In this document: one piece after another, positions 53,205 through 64,000 of the stretch
Position numbering within the stretch: the first letter of the stretch is position 1
How the letters are laid out: each line of letters starts with the position of its first letter
From: Camelus dromedarius
Lineage: Eukaryota
DNA length: 64,000 bases
NCBI RefSeq assembly: GCF_036321535.1
Contig: NC_087437.1
Span: 104,100,001-104,164,000 of the forward strand
Direction: 5' to 3'
Notes under the pieces: model-generated
Told to the model about the DNA's origin: nothing
What the model saw: the letters and a program-made list of their open reading frames with translations, nothing else
Databases searched by the model: none
Program-made: the position numbers and the translations under genes

Positions 53205-53740
53205 AGCGTCTGTCTTACGTTTTCTTCTAGGAGTTTTATGATATCAGATCTTATGTTTGATCCATTTCAAGTTAATTTTTTGAATGGTGTGCTATAGGGG
53301 ACCAATTTAATTGCTCTGCATGTGTTTCTGCAGTTTTTCAGCACCATTTATGGAAGAGAGTCTCCTTCCCCATTGAGTATTCCTGACTTGCTTGTCAAAT
53401 GTTAGTTGGCTATATGCTGGGATTTAGTTTTTAGATCCCTAATCTGTTCAATTGGTCAATGTTTCTATTTTTGTGCCAGTACTATACTGTTTTTTATTAC
53501 TATGGCTTTGTAGTGTAGACTGAAATCCAGAAGTGTGATACCTCTGGCTCTGTTGTTGTTATTTTATTTTTCTCCTCAGGATTGCTATTTAATGCTTTTT
53601 ATGGTTCCACACAAATGTTAATGTTGATTCTTCTATTTCTGCAAAGAAAAGAGAGTCTCCTTCCCCACTGAGAATTCCTGATTTGCTTGTTAAATATTAG
53701 TTGACTGTACACTGGGATTTAGTTTTCAGATCCCAATTAA
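53205..53740 (-). mobile_element. L1 ORF2 post-RT fragment in inverted orientation, with ~90-bp internal duplication
   Basis: 'ttttcttctaggagttttat', 'cagcaccattta', 'gtgccagtactatactgttt'. Repeat at 53356-53442 / 53651-53738. Confidence 0.85.
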
Positions 53741-55290
53741 GCAGATTGAAATTTGTTTTACTATAGATATGTTGTTATTGGTCTTTATTAAAATTGGAGG
53801 TTCCACCATGGTTTGGTTGGGACCCTGACTTCTGGGAATTAAGACCCTTGACTGGGTAATAGTGTAATATCCAAGACCTCTTTTGTGTCCACCTACTGTA
53901 GACAACTCTGTTTTACATGGTAACATTTCTATGTGTTTACTTAAATCAAGGAAGAGGATACATCAGAGGAAAAATGGCTCATTATGTTGGGAAGGTTATA
54001 AAGGGCTGTTGTTGGCTTGCTCATGTGTTGAAGATGAATTTCAGGAGAGTATATAGAGATTGAGGCAAGTTCTACATGAGATGCTAATGAGGAGTCGGGT
54101 GCAATTAGAAGATTGGATATCTTGGTGGGAAAATTAAAGTAAAATTAGAGTTTTAATTGAAAAAGAAGCATAGCCATTCCTATTAGTCAAAACCAGGAGA
54201 TACTTAGGTATTTTTCTATTTGTAGAGTGTTCATGTGTCTTTTTTCATGCATAATGTGCAAACTGGAATGAATATGTCTACATCTGTTTCCACCAGAGTC
54301 GTTTAGTGACTTTGCCTGATTATTGTTTATATAGTACGAGACAACTTTTTTTTTTTGGTATAGAACATTACCTTCCAACACTATTTCTTACTTTTTATGC
54401 AAATGTCACACTTCCAAGATATTATATATATAATTATGTATATTATGCATAATAAATAGTATACGATATTTACAATTTGTTATGATTTAACCATTGCACC
54501 AAGAATAAACACACTTATAGAACCAATGAAGATAGATCTTGCTATTTGCTAAACGTATATCTAAGTCATGAGGTGGAAAATTATTTATAGAACAAACTTA
54601 GTAAGACTGTTTAATGTTTTCTCATCTTTTCTCTTATATTCTGTGGGTTGTATTTGAAAACTAGGAGTGCAAGGATAAATTCTCCACTCTACTTTTTATT
54701 ATTACACAACTACTCATGAGCTGCCTATTTAAAATCAATGTTTATACAGAACAAAGACGCAAAATGATGGACTACTTGCCATCTGGTCACTTCTTTTAGC
54801 TACTTGCGGTATTAGAAGAATCCTTTTACTGTCTACCTAGCTGAAAGTTAATACTTTAAGACCACAATTCAGCCATCAAATAAATTCACAATAAAAAGTC
54901 ACAAAATCTGTCTCTGCAACTAAATGTATCTGTATAAAGTAAGTGATATTGGTCATGATTAAATGAACACTTATAGAGATATGATATCCTATTTTATTAA
55001 TAAATATTAAGTAGTTCTTAAAAATAATAAACGATCATTTACAAAGAGGAAATCACTTAGAATTAGTTAATGGCAGACAAGCTCTTCTAAATGCAAGGAT
55101 TTAAATAGGGTTTGTTTTTCTTTTCTGTTATTTCTGTAGATATGTGCAGGGAAACCTGAATGTAACTACTGGGTACATTAGGTCAGAGGCTGAATTTGCA
55201 TGAACTTCTAATAGGAATCCTTTGAAAAGGATTACAATTATGTGATTAAACATTCCATTAAATTGGAGGTTTTAAAATGTTTGCCTTCAA

Positions 55291-55746
55291 AGGCGGAGGG
55301 CTAAATTAGGAGTTTGAGATGTACAGAAACACACTACTATACATAAAGTAAATAACAAGAACCTACTACATAACTCAAGGAACTATATTCAATATGTTGT
55401 AATAACCTATAATGGAAAAGAATCTGTAAAAGTGTGTGTGTGTGTACATATATATATGTGTGTGTGTATATATCATAGTATAATATATTATATATTATAT
55501 ATTATATAAATATATTATATAATATAATATATTATATATAAGATTATATATTGTATTGTATTATATTATATTATAATATTATATATTATAATATATATTA
55601 TATATTATAATATATATTATATAAATGTTATATATTATATTATAATATACACACACATATATATGTATAACTGAGTTGTTTTGCTGTACACCTGAAACTA
55701 ACACAGCATTGTAAATTAACTACACTTCAATTAAAAAATGATTTAA
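55291..55746 (+). mobile_element. L1 3'UTR fragment with expanded internal TG/TA microsatellite and near-TSD
   Basis: Near-TSD aaaatgtttgccttcaa (55274-55290) / aaaatggttgctttcaa (55747-55763). Motif 'gctgtacacctgaaactaacac'. Confidence 0.88.
55432..55665. repeat. AT-rich (TA/TTATA)n low-complexity array flanked by (TG)n and (CA)n
   Basis: Directly visible. Confidence 0.9.
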
Positions 55747-57952
55747 AAAATGGTTGCTTTCAACATTTGAGTAGTGTCTCAGATATGTGGATACCACACT
55801 ATGGGATAATGATTATGGTCAGCTCTCGAGTTAGGCATTCACATTTTAAAAATTCTATAAGAATTTCTCAGTAATAGATTATGAGAATTAATTTGGTTAT
55901 AATAATCTATTTATTTTTTAACTCTTGAGAGGATTAGTAATCTGCATAATAAACTAAACATAAATTTCATTAATAAGGTAAATTAACAGAAAATACTATA
56001 TAACATATATTAAACATTCAACAGCTAGGCTTCATCTAGTCAAAGATCATTTCTAGATTACTGCTGCACTCTGAACAACCAAGCATTTATGTTTTACTGA
56101 TTTTCTAAGTTAAATGTGAATTCTTTAAGCATTCTTGTTCAAGTAATGAGTAATTATTTTGTTACCACATTATTTTATCTATACGCATTACACTCAGAAT
56201 GTGAGCAGAAGATATGCTGCTTTTTTTAATTATGAAAGGGGATCAAATAATGTCATTAGATCAATAATTATATTACAAAAGAATAAGAAATTTTAATAAT
56301 CAGAATTATAGTAAGTCATTACATAGAATTTAAGATTGACTTGTTAAACTTGTTAAAAAGAAGAGAGGGAGCTTCTAAAATTAAAAAACAAACCTTATTT
56401 GGCTTTACTACATACAATGTGTAACGTGGAGAATATGTATGTGAGAGTAAATTAAATTTTATCAACATGTTTTTGATGAGGTGAAGTATTTGTGAAAAAA
56501 TTATGTTGAAATAGAGAGAAGTATTATTCAAAAGCCGCTTATACACACATTAGATATGATATTTTGACATTTGAAATAGTGGCAAAATCAAATCAACCAG
56601 ACTAATTGGCAGTACACATTCTATCATGATAAACTTATTTTCAAAATAAAAAATGCTGGTGCTATGTAGACACTACAAGAAAGCTTTGATTTTCATTGGG
56701 GGGAAAAGTCACCCACATTCAAAAGTTTCCTGGTCTCAAAATTCTGTTACAAAATATATATTCTTACTTTATATGCTTATTTTGCATACTTTCTGCCTGA
56801 AACATATACAAGCATTGTTCTGAGACTTCATTTACACCAAAGAAGTAGGTCAAGTTCTGGTAGAATTTCCATGATATAAGTAATGCCAATCCTGGAAACT
56901 AAATAAAAAAATATATCAACTAAGAATTACTAAATACACTATGAACTATAATAGATACTGCGGTTATCCAGGTGGAGATGATCACTCCCTACATAAAATC
57001 TATAAATGAATTCCTGGTATTCATTCATTTTCATACTTCTGCATTTGCCTAATAACAGTTTAATGCCCTGACAAACCAAACAACTTGAATTTTAAGACAT
57101 ATCTCAAGAGTCTTATATGTCATCTCAATTAGCCATGCAACTTAAGTATAAGAAAAATTATTCTGGTGACCGTGAGGCCAGATATAGATCAGTTGAGAAA
57201 AAATAGCTTCAGGAAGAAAGGAGACTCTGAGCATAGGTTTGTGAAAGAAGGGACAAATTCAATAATTAATTTATATACAGAAACTAAAGCATCTGATGAA
57301 TGATTGCTATGGGTAGAAATGAAGAATTCTATCATGGCTTAAAAATTTCTGACTTGAATAACTGGCTGAAAACCAATTCCATTCTCCAAGACAGACAACA
57401 CAAAAATTAAGTAGATCTGAGTTTGGGAAAAAGAATATAAATGAGTTCAAGATATGGGCATTCAAATGAATTATACATTATATTATACAGAAATATTAAT
57501 TTAACTGTCACTATGACTGAAACACTCTTTTGAGGTCTGGGGATATCATAGGGAACAAAGCAGATATAGCCCCTCACTATTTAGAGCTTACTTAGTGGAA
57601 AAAAGAAACTCTACCCTACTAAACACTATATATGAAATGGTGTTTCACGATGATTGTCCAGGAAAGGCAAGGACAGAGAGTTGCTGTAAAATATGGGGAA
57701 TGGATGGGTGTATTCGACAGTGCAAATAAATCTGAGCAATCAAGTAAATATTGTTTTTGCAAAAACATGAATACATTCAATAATCATGAAGTCATTAAGG
57801 ACCTCTGAGAAAAAAGGATTAAGGTTAAGGATCTAGTGATTCCAATCTGGGTTGTGGTAGAAGAAATTCTTTCACGAGGTGGAAAGAAAAGTCAATACAG
57901 CGTAATCTTTAAGATCAGTGCAGACCATATCTTGATGCAGCTTCAGAAGAAC

Positions 57953-58597
57953 CGTGGACATAAAGAAAGCGCACCCAAATAAGAACAAACACAAGCTATA
58001 TTTAATCTGAGGTTGCTATAGCAAGGGAGCCAGCTACCATCACTTGTGTTTGCCCGAGATTCCAAGGCACGCAGGATGTGGGGACACTTGACAGAGAGAG
58101 GGAGATGTTTCAGGTATGCTCTCGTCGGAATTCTTGGCAGGTGGGGAAATAAAGACCACTAAAATCAGAACAAAGAGAGTCTGCAAGTTCAGAATTTGCT
58201 GTAACAAGGAGTCAGCCACCATCACTTCCTTGTTAAAGACTCAAAGTCATGCAAGAGCTTGGAGAAACTCTACAGTGAAAAGAAAGAGAAGGCTTGAGGT
58301 ATGCTCTCATTGGAGATTGTTGACATGAGGAAGCTGGAGGTGGGCTAACTAGAAGCAGGCACTTCATATGGTTTGGGGAACTTATGTGGCTTTCTCTTGT
58401 TGGTCCAGAGTTGGCAGTGCAAATAAAAAAAAATAAGAAGGAAGTCAGCAGTCATTAACCAAGTCCTGACTCCTCTGGGCCAATAGCTGCAGAGGTTGTG
58501 GCTCGGCTTTCTGGGCTTGTGGCTACAGAGATGGCAGATTAGAGCTCTGTGCTCATTTGTGGTCTCACCGTTCTTCATTTATGTATTCAGTCTCTCA
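57953..58597 (-). mobile_element. ERV1 LTR (LTR68/MER87-like) with duplicated 3' portion
   Basis: Minus strand starts 'tgagagactgaatacata'. Two diverged copies of 'tgct(a/g)ta(g/a)caagg...cagc(t/c)accatcactt...ggtatgctctc'. Confidence 0.7.
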
Positions 58598-58604
58598 CTT
58601 GTGT

Positions 58605-58958
58605 GTGTCACACTTCCCAAATCCCCCCTGCAAAGCTAAAGGAACTCTTTCCTGAGTTTCTGTATTTGCCCGCTACCATGCTCAAATCCATCTCTTCTTC
58701 CTTAAGAGCATCTTACATCCAGTTACTGGTTGACATGCAGTTTTAAAGGCCCAAACTGCTTCCCCAACTCAGGGAGATGCTGAAGGGACATCTCAGCTCC
58801 AGATGGCCTGGGGGGTTTTGCAAAGGTCATGATGTGACTGAATTGCAGTCCATGTTTCTCTCAAGCTGATCCCGTCTTTCATTCTCCCGTTGATCACAAG
58901 ACCATTCTCCGTAAACTTCTTCAAGCCTAAACATTCCCGGGGAACCTGACCCCCAACA
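58605..58958 (+). mobile_element. LTR16-like ERVL LTR remnant
   Basis: 'ctgaagggacatctcagctccaga', end 'ttcccggggaacctgacccccaaca'. Confidence 0.65.
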
Positions 58959-59899
58959 TCAAATAAAAATATTTATATGTAGGGAGGACGATAGTTACTA
59001 CATTCTCAGCTAGAGATAAAATGGTCTGTTTGGCTACACCTGCACAAAACTTGCAATTACCATCAGTGGGGTCATTTTGAAACATGAGAGTTTACAATTT
59101 AAACAAAATTTACTTGAAATACATGATATATCTATAGATCTATACCTTTATTTTTCAACCTATAGAAAAATAAATATCTTTTGGGGTTGCAAGATTTTGC
59201 ATTCTGTTAAGCATGTGTTTCAATTTCCCTTCCCTATTTCTATCCTAAAATTCCATGAATTTAGTTTTACTAGTTATTACCTTTCTCTCTTTTCTGTCGT
59301 GCTCTTTTTTCAGACTTTAATACATGAACCTTGTTACCTGATCAGTTTCTCTCTCATTTTATATCTTTCAGCTATGATGCATTGATACATTCTTTTTTTT
59401 CTTTTCATGAAATACAAAGAGCTTGGCTGTGCTGCACTGAGAATGCTACAATTTATCAGCTCTTCTAGTCTACTAATTTATTTTCATTATGACCAATAGC
59501 TCTTCTACACCGAAAGTAGTAAATAGGAAATATTTATTAAATTATAAAAGTGTCTACATAGGCCTAAAATCTGCTTGCAAATATTCTCCTAAAATGTTCA
59601 TAGAATTAATGTCTGCATCTCCACAACTGTCACTCAAATAGAATGGGATACCAAACCCATGGAAATGTACCATTTTCTTAAAGTTGCAGAGCTCACTGGA
59701 GACAATTAGGATTAAAAGTGATATTAGAATTGCAAATAATTATTAGAGAACGGCTAATCAACTCATTCATTTCTCATGTACAAATTATTTGATTGTCTTG
59801 GAATAAGCATGATGATCATTGAAAAGAAATAAGATAAAACAGGTTAAAATGTCTCTATTCTTTATTTAATTCAATCATGTTCCCTATCATTTATAGGCA

Positions 59900-60085
59900 T
59901 AGCATACTATTTGCTAAACATTTTACAAACAATACTTTATTTATACCAACTATCTCTAATAGCGAGGAAATACGAATGTGAACTTTTGCAAGTGAGGTAA
60001 CTGAGAAACAGAGGTTTACCTACACCTGGTAATTAAAATTAAATCTCTCTGTTGACAAGAACCATGCTTTTAATCACTTCCACCA
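59900..60085 (-). mobile_element. MIR fragment
   Basis: 'ttttgcaagtgaggtaactgagaaacagagg...ccatgcttttaatcact'. Confidence 0.65.
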
Positions 60086-63000
60086 CATTTCTTCTTAATA
60101 CATTATTGGGCATCTTTACATATTAGTTACATTTTTGTCCTACTATTCTTTTACTTCTTAAATAAAAATCTGGAAATGATTAGCATTTGGAAGGATATAT
60201 TATTTTTAACTATACTGAAGAGTGAGTCTCTAAGATTTTCACAGTCATTTCTCATGCACTTCACTGATGCCAAGCAATGAATTTCACTTGAGTTCCCTTG
60301 AATTGGTTTCAAAATGTAGTAGCTTTTAATTAATCTCTTCTTCGCTAGTTTTTCTCTACTTTGTCATCCCCATTAACTTTAAATAACACGTCCCAGGCCA
60401 TCAACTTTTATGCTTTTGTTTCGTTCAAGAGTTTGAATAGATTTAATTGTGGAATGCCTTCCCAGGGTTCTACAGCTTTGGTAGGTACTGTTTTTCCTTC
60501 CTTTTTTTTTTTTTTTTTTTTAATTCATAGATTATATTGAAGACTGAAATTTCTAGGATACTAGCCATATTCTAATGTTCCCCTCCATGGCATGTATAAA
60601 AACAGATGTCAATCTTCTCAGCTTCTAGAAGCTGTATATACATGAAAATTTAAACATGCCAAGCTTTCACAGTAACAGTTTTATTCATCTTGTTTATTTA
60701 TAAGCTTATTTATATGCATATGTTCCGCCAATCTTGCGATTCAAAAATGATGAAAACTTCATTATTTTTCTTCAATATATTATTTTTTCAGTATTTTTCT
60801 TAAATATATAAAAAATAAAATAAAACAAGGGAGAAAAAGGACACAGGGAGACCAGTAGATGTGACTACTACTCACCACAGTAATTCACAATTATTTGCAA
60901 AGCCCCCATCTTAACTGAACTTACCACATTTCAAAAGCAGTTGTTACAAGTAAAGGGATTTGCACACTCTCAAGAAAGTTTGCCCTCCAGAAAATTCATG
61001 CTTTTGAAATAAAAATTGAATGAGTAAAAGAAAAGTTCACTGGCATTCTGAGCATCTAGCAATGAGGCCAATGTCTTCTTGTTGGACCAAGGAGAAAGGA
61101 GAAAAAGATGTCCCTTATGAATGGAAATGTTCCCTGTCAGTGCACACACTTGTGAAGACAGATAATGGGCTTCCTTTAGTCTTCTGTGTCCTTTCACTGA
61201 TGTTCTATTTTGCCAGCTACAAAGGTGCCTTTTGAGAACAGCAGTGAAACAAAATAGAGGGAAACTTGATTCGTCACACAATGGCACCTCCACGCCTTTC
61301 TAGCACTGCTGAATATTAGATTGCTAGGAAATAGAGAAACACATTTATAAATTATTTACTGTATCATTATGTTTTGATTGTTTGGTACTCTAGCCAGGCC
61401 TGTCTCCTAAAACACACAATTGCTTCTTTACAGGTAAAGCCTTGGGGACAACTAAAAGAAGCAAACAAAAAATGATTCCCATAGGAAAACAAACAAACAG
61501 AAAGCACTTGAAAATAAACTTCCAATAAAAATTACAAAATAAGAGGAAATGTGTACTGGGGAAGTCATGTTCCCAGCAGACTATGGAATTAGTTGGCTCT
61601 TTTTTGAGAGAACTTTGAGAGAATGTTCTCAGTGGTTGTGCCCAGTGAGTGTAACATCTTTCTGGCAATCTCAAGGCAAAACACTATATTTGAAAGTATA
61701 AAAACAGAGGATTAGCTGAACATTGATTTTAACTAGTTTGACATGTAATGATATGATGAAATTTTGATTTTTAGAGATTAAAAATCAACACTGTCATTTT
61801 TCCCAAAGATGGATGATCCTTATTTATACAGACAAGGACTGTTGTACAATATAAAGAGAATATATATAAAAAGAATCTTCTTAGAAGCAGCATTAAAGTG
61901 TAGGGGGTAACTAACGAGTTAAGTAGAATACCAAAAATTCAACGTGCATATTTTGATGACTTACCCTGCCCTGGGGAATAAAACAGCTTCCATCAGAACT
62001 TTTTGTTTTTGTACACATATGGGTTATGAGACTGTCACATTATCCTCTAAGGTCCTAGCAAAGCTTTTCCAGATGCCTTATCAGCACTTTTGAGACATGC
62101 TAAAAATCCACTAATGGTAGCCTTATGGTCTAATCTTATTGTTAAGGTGAGTCACCAATTTACTACTTGCTAGAAGGAACAGAAGAAAGATTCTTTACAG
62201 ATCAAAAAGACTACCTTTACAAAGGATTTGGAAATTAAAAACAGCAGAGCAGAAAAAAGAGAAGAAAGAATAGAAACTTAAGAATGGAAAAAAAAATTCA
62301 TCAACCACAGCAGATCATTTATTTAAAATGTTTAAGGTGCTGACTCTCACAAAGATTTAGCCAGTTTGAATCACAGCTTTTACTGAGTTTTCCAATTACT
62401 CTCCTCAACTTTTACTTCCTTGAAAGGCTACAGATCTCCCATTACTGCCTAAGGTTTCGTTAATTATGTATTACCAATTAATGGCACTGTTCATCCATTT
62501 GCAAACTTCAAGTGCCCATCTGGATAAAACAGCACTCCCTGTTGAAACAGTGAGTTTTGAATATTTTTAATACATTTAATAAATTGGTTGTACTTTCTCT
62601 AGTCCCTTATGTCCCACAGCACTCTGTCTCCCTTGTTCATCTGTAATGATAATGTGCATATTGTACAGAGCAAAAACTGTAAACCATTTAAAAAAAATCA
62701 GGATCAAGCAAAAAACTTAATAGATGAATGGGTTTCCTAAATCTTCAGTGATCGTTTCTGATCTGAAAATTATCTCATCTAAGCTTCAAACGAAGAATTG
62801 CTTTGCCTCCTGAGGAGGCTCAGATGCAGTCTGATTTACCCTATCTGATGGTTTTTAAAAACACTGCTAATTAGACCTAGTGGGGAGGGAGCGGCTCTCT
62901 GCCGAGACCGATAAGCTACAAGAATGAGGGGGGATGCCAGGAGTGTGGCAATGCAGCAAAATGAGCTCCTGAAACTCTGCCCTGGTCGATTTTTTGATAC

Positions 63001-63094
63001 TGTAACAGAATCCAAGGTGGCAGCAGAAGAGAAGACAGATGGCAGGAAACAAAGGTGCTAACTAAGAGGGCTGGTAAATTTCAGAGTTACCTCT

Positions 63095-63501
63095 GGTTCT
63101 GGGCTGAATTGTGTCCACCCAAAATTCATGTTAAGGCTCTAACCCTCAGTACCTCAGAATGTGACTTTATTTGGAGAAAGGGTCTTTAAAGAGGTAATTA
63201 ATTTGAAAGGAAGGCATCAGCGTGGGACTGAATTCAGTCTGTGTCACGTTCTTACAGGAGGTGAACAGAACACAGACAGAGGGAAAAAGCACTCGACACG
63301 TGCAGGCAGAAAGCCAGCCATGTGAGCTCACGGAGAAGGTGGCAATCTGCGAGGCGGGGAGAGAGACCACAGAAGGTACCAGAGCTGTTGTTGTTTTGCT
63401 CTCAAACACGTAGCCTCCAGAACCATAAACAAATAAATTTCCCTTGTTTAAGCCACCTAATCTGTGGTATTTTGGTATGGCAGCCCTAACTAAGTCATAG
63501 A
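63095..63501 (+). mobile_element. MaLR solo LTR, MLT1B-like
   Basis: 'gggctgaattgtgtccacccaaaattcatgtt...cagtacctcagaatgtgac...gggtctttaaagagg', end 'tggcagccctaactaagtcataga'. Confidence 0.9.
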
Positions 63502-64000
63502 CCCCTAGATTTCCAAAGAGGATATAGTAATTCAGCAATCCACTCCCCCAGCCTGGAAAAGGTGTACAGGGGAACAGAAGGGAGTGGGTGGGGCCAAGGA
63601 AGTGGCCTGACCAGCTCTCTCAGAGACCAAAAGCAAACAAACCAAAAAACACATAGCGTCTTCCTTCCTTCCCACTACATTCTGACATCCTGCCCCTGGG
63701 GCTGGCCTTGATTTCACTCTGTTCAAGTGATTTCTAAATTCTTTTTATACCACCTCGTAATTCTCAAGTGATGTTAGCTTTTTAAAAATAAAAATAAAAA
63801 ATAATAACACTTAAGGAATTTTAGGTATGGTAGCACTGACTGTGAGACTGGGAATGCTGAGAATGATTCCCACATCCATAAAAGCTTGGAAGGCTCTGAT
63901 CCACACTCTACTAGTCAGCTAACCAATATGGATGGGCAAGGATCAGATTTGTCAAACAGGGGTTGTTCTGCTCAACAACAGAATAAGTGAAAATATGTCT

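Noticed and set aside
1..64000. CRISPR arrays, operons, rRNA/tRNA genes or mitochondrial insertions
   Set aside because: None recognised. The sequence is mammalian repeat-rich non-coding DNA with no repeat-spacer periodicity.

Overview
AT-rich mammalian genomic DNA. I recognise no host protein-coding exon, so this is a gene desert or a very large intron. The L1 3' ends look cetartiodactyl and I see no Alu, B1/B2, Bov-tA/BovB, PRE1 or CanSINE, so a camelid is plausible (inference only). The window is layered transposable-element debris: MIR, L2, old L1M/HAL1-like pieces, a Tigger1 DNA transposon, MaLR/ERVL/ERV1 LTRs and several younger L1 3' ends with target-site duplications (TSDs). Main observations: (1) a 3.1-kb TSD-flanked L1-derived element (33560-36653) with full 5'UTR, ORF1 and 3'UTR but almost all of ORF2 missing, i.e. 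'half-L1' architecture, with ORF1 broken only by a 17-bp tandem duplication; (2) a TSD-flanked, doubly polyadenylated orphan 3' transduction inside Tigger1 (20693-21111); (3) a 121-bp oligo(A)-tailed insert with H/ACA snoRNA architecture inside an L1 ORF2 fragment (52614-52734); (4) an old LTR with unusually high CpG/GC-box content (13304-13902). Repeat subfamily names come from my recollection of consensus sequences, not a database search, and boundaries without TSDs are approximate.
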